From contig JAYZQJ010000055.1 in NCBI GenBank assembly GCA_036149055.1, positions 1 through 55,839 of the forward strand: DNA of 55,839 bases, given 5' to 3'. Of this stretch, positions 1 to 8,800 are shown one piece after another. The position numbers and the translations under genes are program-made. The first letter of the stretch is position 1. Each line of letters begins with the position of its first letter. The notes under the pieces are model-generated. The model made no database searches. It saw only the letters and a program-made list of their open reading frames with translations, and was not told where the DNA came from. The DNA is from Myxococcota bacterium. Its GTDB lineage: Bacteria; Myxococcota_A; Polyangia; Polyangiales; Sandaracinaceae.

Positions 1-42
1 CCTCCCGACTCCGCCGGCGCGTCGCTCTTCGCGCTCGCGCCG

Positions 43-439
43 CGACCCCAGCGACGGGGCGCTGGGGGCCCTGCGGCTCGCGCTCGCGCTGCGCGCTCGC
101 TGGCCGCCCGCTGCCGCGGGATCGAACGGTGCGGGGTGGTTCGTGCGGCGACCTCGCTGCGCTCGTCGCCTGCCGTCGCGCCTCGCGCTCGCGCTGGTCG
201 CCCGCTGCCGGGGGATCGAACGACTCGAGTGGCGCGTGCGGCGACCTCGCTGCGCTCGTCGCCTGCCGTCGCGCCTCGCGCTTCGCGCTGCGCGCTCGCT
301 GGCCGCCCGCTGCCGGGGGATCGAACGACTCGAGTGGCGCGTGCGGCGACCTCGCTGCGCTCGTCGCCTGCCGTCGTCTCGGGTCAGTGTGGTGGAAGCG
401 GGCGGGGGTGCCGCGGCGCCATTGTTTGCCACCTCTCGA
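43..439 (+). repeat. Non-coding dispersed repeat element, left copy, containing three tandem ~95-105 bp units
   Basis: The unit GCTGG(C/T)CGCCCGCTGCCG(C/G)GGGATCGAAC-N14/15-GTGCGGCGACCTCGCTGCGCTCGTCGCCTGCCGTCG occurs three times (GATCGAAC at 120, 214, 319). Flanks and unit match the reverse complement of 55556-55754. Confidence 0.85.
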
Positions 440-443
440 TTCG

Positions 444-1631
444 TCAGCGGTCGTCGAAGGTCTCGCGCTCGGTGCCGGGGCGCACCGGCGGTCCGGGGTC
501 GGGCGGCGGCGAGAGGAGGCGCGCCCAGGGCTGCCGCTCGCGCCACTCGCCGTCCGGGTCGAGGGCCTGCGCCGAGCGGGTGATCAGCAGGGCGGAGAGC
601 ACCAGGTAGAGCAGCTGGATCGGGGTGTGCGGCGCGTAGCCGGCGGCCAGCCACAGCGCGAGGCCCATGGCCAGCTGACGGGCCGCGGGCTCGGGGCGGG
701 CGAGCCCGGTGAGCGGCGCGCCGAGCCCGAGCCCGAGCGGGATCGCGTACGCGGCCGGCGCCTCGTCGATCACCAGGCCGAGGCGGAAGGCCCAGATCAG
801 CGCCAGCCGGAAGCGGTGGCCCACGCCCTGGTAGGCCAGGAAGAGCGCGACCGCGACGATGGCGCCGACCCCGAGCCAGATCGCGATGCGGCGGTGGCGT
901 CGCGCGCTGCCGCCGCCGGTCGCGAGGGCCCATCCGCCGAGCCCGAGCACGCCGAGCCAGGCCAGCTCGCCGACGTGCCGCAGCCCGAGCAGGAAGGTCT
1001 GGGTAGCCCCCGCGTGATCGATGAAGAGCGTGGCGAGCGGGCCCCAGAGGCCGCCCGGCGACTGGGCGAGCTGCCCGAGCCCCACCACCGCGAGCGAGAC
1101 GAAGGCGGCGACCCCGACGCAGGCCACCGCCGGCCGCAGGCCTCGCCACGGGCGGTGACGCACCGCGGTCATCGCGAGCAGCGTGACGAGCACGTTCGCG
1201 GCGGCGAGCCCGAAGATCACGAGCTTCGGGCGCAGGGTCGCCGCGGGCAGCAGGGTCGCCACCACCACGCTCGGCACGAAGATGCCGCTGAACGCGGCCA
1301 CGGCGAGCCGCCGCCCGACCGGCGCGTAGCCGGGCAGCCGGAGGAACGCGAGCAGGCCGACGGCCAGGCTCGTCAGGCCCGAGATGGCCGCGAGGTTGCG
1401 CGGGAAGCGCGCCCAGTCCTTGAGCTCGCGGACCGTCACCTCGTCGATGACGTCGGCGAGCCCCTGGTAGCCCAGCCGGGCGAGCGCGAGCTCGAAGAGC
1501 GCGGCGACCACCGCCATCAGAGCGAGCGGGGGCGCGACCCGGAGGACACGCAGCGCGGACTCCGCCGCCTCGGTCTCGTCGGACGAGCGCGCCGGAGCTC
1601 CTGACGCGTCGGTGTCCGGCTCGGCGCTCAC
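444..1631 (-). CDS. Hypothetical polytopic membrane protein
   Basis: 395-aa ORF with about 10 hydrophobic segments; lies just downstream of the PP2C gene on the same strand. Confidence 0.75.
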   Translation of the reverse strand: MSAEPDTDASGAPARSSDETEAAESALRVLRVAPPLALMAVVAALFELALARLGYQGLADVIDEVTVRELKDWARFPRNLAAISGLTSLAVGLLAFLRLPGYAPVGRRLAVAAFSGIFVPSVVVATLLPAATLRPKLVIFGLAAANVLVTLLAMTAVRHRPWRGLRPAVACVGVAAFVSLAVVGLGQLAQSPGGLWGPLATLFIDHAGATQTFLLGLRHVGELAWLGVLGLGGWALATGGGSARRHRRIAIWLGVGAIVAVALFLAYQGVGHRFRLALIWAFRLGLVIDEAPAAYAIPLGLGLGAPLTGLARPEPAARQLAMGLALWLAAGYAPHTPIQLLYLVLSALLITRSAQALDPDGEWRERQPWARLLSPPPDPGPPVRPGTERETFDDR

Positions 1632-1647
1632 CGGCGAGACGCTAGCA

Positions 1648-2811
1648 TCACGCGCTGGCGGCGTCGCGCGGCTTTCCGAGGAGCTTCTCGGCCGGCGTGA
1701 CCTCGACCAGGACCACGGTCACGTTGTCCTTGCCGCCGCCCTCGAGCGCGAGCTCCACGAGCCGATCGGCCCCCGCCTGCAGCGAGTCGGCGCCGTCGAT
1801 GGTGTCGGCGATGGTGGCCTCGTCGGGCACCATGCGGGTCAGGCCGTCGGTGCAGAGCAGGTAGACGTCGCCCGGGCGGGTCTCGGCGATGATGACGTCG
1901 ATCGTCAGGCCGGGGGTGGCGCCGACCGCGCGGCTGAGGGCGTCCGCGGTCGGGCCGTCGTCGACCACCCCGAGGTTGCCGAAGGTGTGGTCGGTCGTGA
2001 GCTGGCGGAGCTTGCCCTCGCGCAGCCGGTAGCAGCGGCTGTCGCCCACGTGCGCGACGTAGAGGCGCTCCTTGTGGCCGGCGAAGCGGGCGGCCACGAT
2101 CGTGGTGCCCATGTCCTTCAGCCACGGCTCCTTCTTGCCGCGCTCGTAGATCTTGAGGTTCGCGCGCTGCACGGCCTTGGCCAGCTCCGCGGCGCGCCAC
2201 GGGAGCTCGGGCCCGCGGATGTCGGCGTGGAACTTCTTCTTGGTGAACGCCTCCTCGAGGAGCTCCACCGCCATCTCCGCCGCGATGTGCCCGCCCGCGT
2301 AGCCGCCCATGCCGTCGGCCACCGCGTAGACGCGCTCGCCGCTGAGCTTGAGGAAGCGGTCCTCGTTCCGCTCGCGCTTCTTGCCCGTGTTGGTCTGGGC
2401 GATCGCGGTCGTCAGCACGCGAAGGTCGTGGTCGGTCGGGATGTCGTGCTCGGCGGCCTCGTCGGCGTAGATGACCTCGGCGGCCGCGACCGGCGGCTCG
2501 CTGCGGCCCTCCTTCGGATCGAGCGCGACGCGGAGCACGGTGATCTCGTCGTCGTCGTCGTCGTCGTCGAAGAGGTCCTCGTCGTCCTCGTAGAGCGGCT
2601 TGACCTCGAGCTTCTTCACGTCCTTCGCGAGCTGGGGACGCTTCCGCAGGCCCGACTTCTCATCCGGCCCAGCTGGCGTTTTCTTCTCTTCCTTCACCTC
2701 GGGCTGCGGACGCAGCGCGAAGAAGAGGACGAGCAGCGCCCCGAGGGCGATCGCCCCGACGATGATCCACGGCACCCGAGGAGAATAGGTCACAAGGTCG
2801 GGCGCGCGCAA
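1648..2811 (-). CDS. PP2C/PPM-family Ser/Thr protein phosphatase with N-terminal membrane anchor (start may be GTG at 2775)
   Basis: Motifs RERNED, VADGMGG, MGTT, AHVGDSRCY, LTTDH, LLCTDGL and GGKDNVT; N-terminal hydrophobic helix followed by a poly-Asp tract. Confidence 0.92.
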   Translation of the reverse strand: MRAPDLVTYSPRVPWIIVGAIALGALLVLFFALRPQPEVKEEKKTPAGPDEKSGLRKRPQLAKDVKKLEVKPLYEDDEDLFDDDDDDDEITVLRVALDPKEGRSEPPVAAAEVIYADEAAEHDIPTDHDLRVLTTAIAQTNTGKKRERNEDRFLKLSGERVYAVADGMGGYAGGHIAAEMAVELLEEAFTKKKFHADIRGPELPWRAAELAKAVQRANLKIYERGKKEPWLKDMGTTIVAARFAGHKERLYVAHVGDSRCYRLREGKLRQLTTDHTFGNLGVVDDGPTADALSRAVGATPGLTIDVIIAETRPGDVYLLCTDGLTRMVPDEATIADTIDGADSLQAGADRLVELALEGGGKDNVTVVLVEVTPAEKLLGKPRDAASA

Positions 2812-2873
2812 AGCCGTCGGGGACGCCCGCCCGCTTGCCCACCCCCCACCATCCGAGGTAGGCCATCCACCGC

Positions 2874-3917
2874 ATGACCGACCTTCGACACGACTGGTCC
2901 CTCGAGGACGTCCGGGCGATCCACGATCTGCCCCTGACCGATCTCCTGCACCGCGCCCAGACGGTGCACCGGGCCCACCATCAGCCGGACGCGGTCCAGC
3001 TCTGCACGCTCCTCTCGGTCAAGACGGGCGGCTGCCCCGAGGACTGCGACTACTGCCCGCAGAGCTCCCACCACGAGACCGAGGTGGATCCGGAGAAGAT
3101 GATGTCCGTCCAGGAGGTGCTCGCGGCCGCCCGCGCGGCCCGGGCCTCCGGCGCGACCCGCTTCTGCATGGGCGCGGCCTGGCGCGACGCGCTGCACGGC
3201 CCCGCGTTCGAGAACGTGCTCACGATGGTCCGCGGCGTGCGCGAGCTGGGCCTCGAGGCCTGCGCGACCCTCGGCATGCTCGACGACGAGCAGGCGGCCC
3301 AGCTCGCCGAGGCGGGGCTGACCTCCTACAACCACAACCTCGACACCTCCGAGGCCTACTACCCGGAGATCATCTCGACCCGCAGCTACGCCGAGCGCCT
3401 CCAGACGCTCTCGCGGGTCCAGAAGGCCGGCATCAGCCTCTGCTGCGGCGGCATCATCGGCATGGGCGAGAGCATCGACGACCGCTGCGACATGCTGCGG
3501 ACCCTGGCCAACCTCGATCCCCAGCCGGGCAGCGTGCCGATCAACGCGCTCGTGCCGGTCGAGGGCACGCCGCTCTCGGAGCAGCCGAAGGTCGATCCGA
3601 TCGAGCTCGTGCGCATGTGCGCGACCGCGCGGATCCTCATGCCCCGATCGCTCGTCCGCCTCAGCGCCGGTCGCACCTCGCTCAGCCGCGAGGCCCAGCT
3701 GCTCGCCTTCATGGCCGGCGCCAACTCGATCTTCTACGGCGAGAAGCTGCTGACCACCGGTAACCCCGAGGTCGACGCCGACCGCCAGCTCCTCGACGAC
3801 GCGGGCCTCACCCCGCTCGCCCCCTACGCGTCCCCCGACCCGGTGGTCCAGGCCACGAAGGAGCGCGGGCCCAAGCCCAAGACGCGCCTCTCCGTGATGG
3901 CCGACCCCGCCGAGTAG
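2874..3917 (+). CDS. bioB: Biotin synthase (radical SAM)
   Basis: [15 protein letters not shown] (CxxxCxxC), [38 protein letters not shown] and [13 protein letters not shown] are BioB signatures. Confidence 0.97.
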   Translation: MTDLRHDWSLEDVRAIHDLPLTDLLHRAQTVHRAHHQPDAVQLCTLLSVKTGGCPEDCDYCPQSSHHETEVDPEKMMSVQEVLAAARAARASGATRFCMGAAWRDALHGPAFENVLTMVRGVRELGLEACATLGMLDDEQAAQLAEAGLTSYNHNLDTSEAYYPEIISTRSYAERLQTLSRVQKAGISLCCGGIIGMGESIDDRCDMLRTLANLDPQPGSVPINALVPVEGTPLSEQPKVDPIELVRMCATARILMPRSLVRLSAGRTSLSREAQLLAFMAGANSIFYGEKLLTTGNPEVDADRQLLDDAGLTPLAPYASPDPVVQATKERGPKPKTRLSVMADPAE

Positions 3918-3958
3918 GCGGCTGCCCGCCGGCGGTCCCCCTTCGAGAAGCTCACCCT

Positions 3959-4013
3959 CCTCGCTTCCCCCCTTCCTCGCTTCCTGCGAGTGGCGAAGGG
4001 GCGGGAAGCGAGG
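3959..4013. terminator. Long hairpin between convergent bioB and lectin genes, probable terminator
   Basis: CCTCGCTTCCC (3959-3969) pairs with GGGAAGCGAGG (4003-4013), with inner CCTTC/GAAGG and CTCGC/GCGAG stems. Confidence 0.6.
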
Positions 4014-4026
4014 CCAGTGCTCCCGG

Positions 4027-5040
4027 TCAGACGTGAGCGGGCGGCGGGCCGCCTTCGTACTCGACGATCGAGCTCCACGGGCCGCGGCCCGGTGCGGGCT
4101 GCCAGTTGTGCCAGATCTCGTGGTTCGGCCCGAAGTAGAAGATCTCGAGCCGGCCGTCGGCGTTCTGCCCGACCGCGAGATCGGTGGCCTTGGCCCCGAG
4201 GCTCTCGCCGTCGCTGCCCCAGTCTCCGTTGGCCTCCATCTGCCAGAGGTTTCGGATGTGGGCCTCCTGATCGATGTAGAACAGCTCCAGGCGGCCGCCC
4301 CGGTTCTGTGCGATCGCGATGCGCGCGGCGATGACGTTCAGGTTCTCCTGGCCGTGCCAGTCGCCGTTCGCCTCGGTCTGCCAGTCGTGCCAGACGTGGC
4401 CGTCGTTGTCGGTCCAGAAGACCTCGAGGCGGCCGTCGGCGTTGCTGCTCACGACCACCTGCTTGCCGGTGCCGTCGAGCTGCTCGGGGCCGTGCCAGTC
4501 GCCGTTCGCCTCGGTCTGCCAGTCGTGCCAGAGCTGGCCCTGGTCGCCGAGGTAGAAGACCTCGAGTCGGCCATCTTCGTTGCGGCCGACCGCGACGTCG
4601 ATCGCCTGGGCGCCGAGCTTCTCCTTGCCGCTCCAGTCGCCGTTGGGCGTGAGCTGCCAGTCGTGCCAGAGGGCGCCGTCGTCGCCCACCCAGAAGAGCT
4701 CGAGGCGGCCGTCGGCGTTGCTCGAGACGTCGAGCGCGCGGCCCTTGGCGCCGAGGTTCTCCGCGCCGTGCCAGTCGCCGCCCGGCTCGGTCTGCCAGTC
4801 GTGGCAGACGTCGCCGTCGGGCGAGAGGTAGAAGATCTCGAGCCGGCCGTCGGCGTTGACGCCGACCGCCACCTGGGCGGCGCTCACCTCGAGGCTCTCT
4901 TCGCCCTTCCAGAGCGAGTTCGGGCGGTTCTGCCAGTTGTGCCGGAGCACGCCGTCCGGCTTGATGTAGAACGCCTCGAGGCGGCCGTCGTGGTTGCGGC
5001 CGATGGCGATGCGCTTCTGCGGGGGCGCGAGCTTGGTCAT
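4027..5040 (-). CDS. Seven-bladed beta-propeller lectin-like protein (PLL/tectonin-like)
   Basis: Seven ~46-aa repeats of the form N-x-DGRLE(V/I/L)F(Y/W)...(L/V)WH(D/N)WQ...GDW-x-G-x-E-x-LG; no signal peptide. Confidence 0.8.
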   Translation of the reverse strand: MTKLAPPQKRIAIGRNHDGRLEAFYIKPDGVLRHNWQNRPNSLWKGEESLEVSAAQVAVGVNADGRLEIFYLSPDGDVCHDWQTEPGGDWHGAENLGAKGRALDVSSNADGRLELFWVGDDGALWHDWQLTPNGDWSGKEKLGAQAIDVAVGRNEDGRLEVFYLGDQGQLWHDWQTEANGDWHGPEQLDGTGKQVVVSSNADGRLEVFWTDNDGHVWHDWQTEANGDWHGQENLNVIAARIAIAQNRGGRLELFYIDQEAHIRNLWQMEANGDWGSDGESLGAKATDLAVGQNADGRLEIFYFGPNHEIWHNWQPAPGRGPWSSIVEYEGGPPPAHV

Positions 5041-5256
5041 GTGGCTCCTCGGTCGAAAGACGTACGTGGCACTTAGGCAGCAGGGGGGGAGAGTTCAAGG
5101 CCGGGTGGGGCGCGGTCTCACACCGCCCCGGCCATCTCGCCTCACTCCCCCGCGATCACGCTAGCACGCCGGGTGCCCGCGGAGGGAGCCCCCGGAATCG
5201 CTGGTCTTTGTCGATTCCAGCCCAAGCTCGGTCACGAACCTCGGGGTCGCAGGCAC

Positions 5257-5838
5257 ATGGGGAGTGAAATGCAGGCACACGCGGAAGCGGGCGGGGATCC
5301 GTCGGATCCCATCGCCGTGCTCATACGGGAGGGGCAGCACCGAGAAGCGGTGGCGGCCTGCGCCCGGGCGCACGGTGAGGCGGTGGGCAGACTATGCATG
5401 GCGCTGCTCGGCAGCCAGGCGGAGGCCGAGGAGACGGCGCAGGAGGTCCTCATCGCCGCGCACCGCGCGATGGGCAAGTATCGCGGCGACGGCTCCATCC
5501 GCGCCTGGCTCTACGGCATCGCCCGCCGCAAGTGCGCGCGCAAGGTCGAGACCCGGGTGAGGCGCGAGCGGAAGCTGAAGCTCGTGCACGACGCCGCCGC
5601 CGACGCGGAGCTGCCCGACGAGGCGCTGCAGAAGCGCCGGCGGGCCGAGGTGGTGCGGGCGGCGCTCGAGACGCTGAAGCCGTCGGAGCGCGACGCGGTG
5701 ACGCTCCGCTACGAGAGCGGGCTCGCCTACCGGGAGATCGGCGAGGCCTGCGGGATCGACGAGGCGGCGGCGCGCAAGCGCGTCAGCCGGGCCCTCGCGA
5801 AGATGAGGACGCTGCTGAAGGACGAGGCCGGACGATGA
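5257..5838 (+). CDS. ECF RNA polymerase sigma factor
   Basis: Region 2 (AEETAQEV...IRAWLYGIARR) and region 4 (LETLKPSERDAVTLRYESGLAYREIGEACGI...ARKRVSRA). Start placed at ATG 5257; the ORF track starts at 5173. Confidence 0.92.
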   Translation: MGSEMQAHAEAGGDPSDPIAVLIREGQHREAVAACARAHGEAVGRLCMALLGSQAEAEETAQEVLIAAHRAMGKYRGDGSIRAWLYGIARRKCARKVETRVRRERKLKLVHDAAADAELPDEALQKRRRAEVVRAALETLKPSERDAVTLRYESGLAYREIGEACGIDEAAARKRVSRALAKMRTLLKDEAGR

Positions 5839-8800
5839 CCGAGCGAGCTGAGAAGTACGAGGCCTTCCTGGACGACCTGGCCCCGATCGTCGACGGCGAT
5901 CCCGACGCGATCGAGCGCCACGCGGACTTCCTCGTGGACGACGACGAGGCGCGCGATCTCCGGCACGAGGCGGCGAGCGCGGCCGAGCGCATGAAGGACG
6001 CCGGCGCGGACTTCGTCATGCCGGTCGACTTCGAGGCGCGCCTGATGGACGCCCTCGATCGGGCCGAGGACGCCGAAGACGCGGGCCGGACCACCAACCC
6101 GGGCTTCGCGAGCCCCGAGAGCCCGGCGACCAGCGGCGTCCGGACCGCCGACGAGGCGCCCGACGGGGGCGCGGCCGAGACGCGAGCGGCCGAGACGCGA
6201 GCGGCCGAGACCCGAGCGGCCGAGACCCGAGCGGTGGCGAAGACCGAGGCGATGCCCGCCCGCTCGCCCGACGCGCCCGCCTCCCAGAAGGCTGAGGCGG
6301 ACGAGGCCAAGGTCGAGAAGCGCGAGCGCCCCATGGGCAAGCTGCTGTTCTTTCCGGTCGCCGGCCTGATCGCCGTCGCCGCCGCGGCCGCGGTGGGGCT
6401 GGCCATCTGGGGAGGCGGCGAGACCGTCGACGCGCCCCCGGTGGCCGACCGCGCCGGGCTCGAGGGGACGCTGGCCGCGTTCGAGCGCGCCGCGAACGAC
6501 GGGCAGAGCGGCGTGACGGTGCAGCGGAGCGAGGGCGCGGGCTTCGTGGCGCTCGGCGCGGGCGAGGCGATCCCGACCGGCGCCGTGCTCCGCACCGACG
6601 CGCGGACGCGGGCCCGGGTGCCGCTCGCCGACGGCTCCACCCTGGTGCTCAACCACGCGACCGAGGTCGCGCTCGCCGGGGAGGGCGCCCGCGCGCTCGA
6701 CCTGCGGAGCGGCGAGGTCGTGCTCGACGTCGCGCACCTCGACGACGGCCCGAACCTCAGCGTCACCACGCCGAGCGGCGCGGTCGAGGTGCTCGGCACC
6801 GAGCTCGTCGTGAGCGCGACCGAGGAGATGACCAGCGTGCGCGTCACCCGCGGGGTGGTCGCGGTGCGCGGGCACGACGGCGCGCGGGCCGAGGTCCGCG
6901 CGGGCGAGGAGGGCCTGCTCCGCCCGAGCGCCGCGCCGAGCGTCGCGCCGGTGACCGATCTCTCGAGCTCGGTCGCCTGGTCCGAGCTCGGCAGCGAGGC
7001 CGAGGAGGAGCGCGCCGAGAGCCTCGCCGGCATCGGCTCGCTCCGGGCCCGTCGCCCGGGGCAGCGCGGCGACCAGGAGCGCCCGCTCCACCTCGCCAGC
7101 CACGAGGTGAAGGTGCGCATCGTCGGCAACGTCGCGCGCACCGAGATCACCGAGGTGTTCCGCAACGACGGCGACCACACGCTGGAGGGCATCTACCGCT
7201 TCCCGCTGCCGCCGGACGCGCAGATCGCGAGCCTCGCGCTCGACGTCGAGGGGCGCATGGAGGAGGGCTCGTTCGTCGAGCGCGATCGCGCGGCCCAGAT
7301 CTGGCGCGGAGTGATCCGCAACGCGACGCCGGTGGCCCGGCGTGACGACAGCGAGGAGTTCATCTGGGTCCCCGGCCCCTGGCACGACCCGGCGCTCCTG
7401 GAGTGGCAGCGCGGCGGGCAGTTCGAGCTGCGGGTCTTCCCCATCCCGGCCCACGGGGAGCGGCGGGTGACCCTCGCCTACACCCAGACGGTGCAGCCCC
7501 AGGGCGCGCGGCGGCGCTACGTCTACCCGCTGGCGCACTCGAACGACGCCTCCACCCAGGTCGGCCGCTTCGAGGTCGACGTGCGGGTGGCCGGCGCCGA
7601 CGGAGTCGCGCCGCGCGGCTACGAGCTCTCGCGGCGAGCGGAGGGCGACGCGACGCGCCTCGCGATGACCGAGACCGACTTCCTCCCGAAGGGCGACCTG
7701 GTCATCGACTACGCGCTCCCGGGCGGCGAGCGCGAGCTGCGCTGGTGGACGTTCCGGGGGCAGGCCGCGGAGGCGCCGCCCGAGGACAGCCGCGAGCGCG
7801 ACCGCGAGGTGAACGACCTCCAGCGGCGGATGGCCGAGGACGACCGCCCCTACGTGGCGTTCACGCTGCGGCCCGAGCTGCCGCGCGCGTCCGAGCGCCG
7901 GGCCCGCGACTACGTGATGGTGGTGGACGCGAGCCAGTCGATGGTCGGCGAGCGCTACGACCGGGCGGTGGCGCTGACCGGGCGCGTCCTTCGCGAGATG
8001 GACCGGCGCGATCGCTTCACCGTGCTCGCGTGCGACTACCAGTGCCGGGCGCTGCCGGGCGGGGTGCAGGCGCCGAGCGCGCAGGCGGCCGCGGCGGCGG
8101 AGGAGTGGCTCGAGTCGGTCGAGCCGGCCGGCGCGTCCGACCTCGTGGCGGTGCTCGGCGAGGCGGTCGCGACCGCGGCCGGGGAGCGGCGGGACGGACG
8201 CGAGCTGCACGTCATGTACGTGGGCGACGGGACCTCGTCGGTGGGCTACCGCCGCGCGGCCTCGATCGCGGCCGAGACGCGGGGCCTGGTGGAGCGCGAG
8301 CGCGTGGCCATCAGCACCGTCGGGATCGGCGGCGACGCGGACACCATGGTGCTCGGCGCCATCGCCCGCGCCGGCGGCGGCCACTACGTGCCGTACGTGC
8401 CCGGTCAGCGGGTGAGCGCGGCCGCGCTGGCGGTGCTCGAGACCAGCTACGGCGCCTCGCTCGAGGCCCCGCGGCTCGAGCTCCCCGACGGCCTCAGCGA
8501 CGTGGCGCCGACCACCCTGCCGACGATCCGCGCCGGTCAGGAGGTCGTCGTCGTGGCTCGCATGGACCGCGACGGGGTGCAGGGAGACGTGCGTCTGCGC
8601 GGGAGCGTCGCCGGGCAGCCCTTCGAGGAGCGCTACCCGGTGGAGCTCACCGCGAGCGACGCCGAGGGCAACCGCTTCGTGCCGCAGCTCTGGGCGGCCA
8701 AGCAGATCGAGCAGCTGCAGCTCGAGGGCGACGGCTCCGATCGCGGCCGGATCATCGCGCTGAGCAAGGGCTTCGGCGTCATGAGCCGCCACACGTCGCT

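Noticed and set aside
93..376. Three-unit repeat as a CRISPR array
   Set aside because: The conserved blocks are interrupted by variable parts of only 14-15 bp, two of which are identical, and no cas gene was seen.
2547..2570. (GTC)n trinucleotide run as a phase-variation tract
   Set aside because: It is an in-frame poly-Asp codon run in the PP2C linker, so slippage would not shift the frame.
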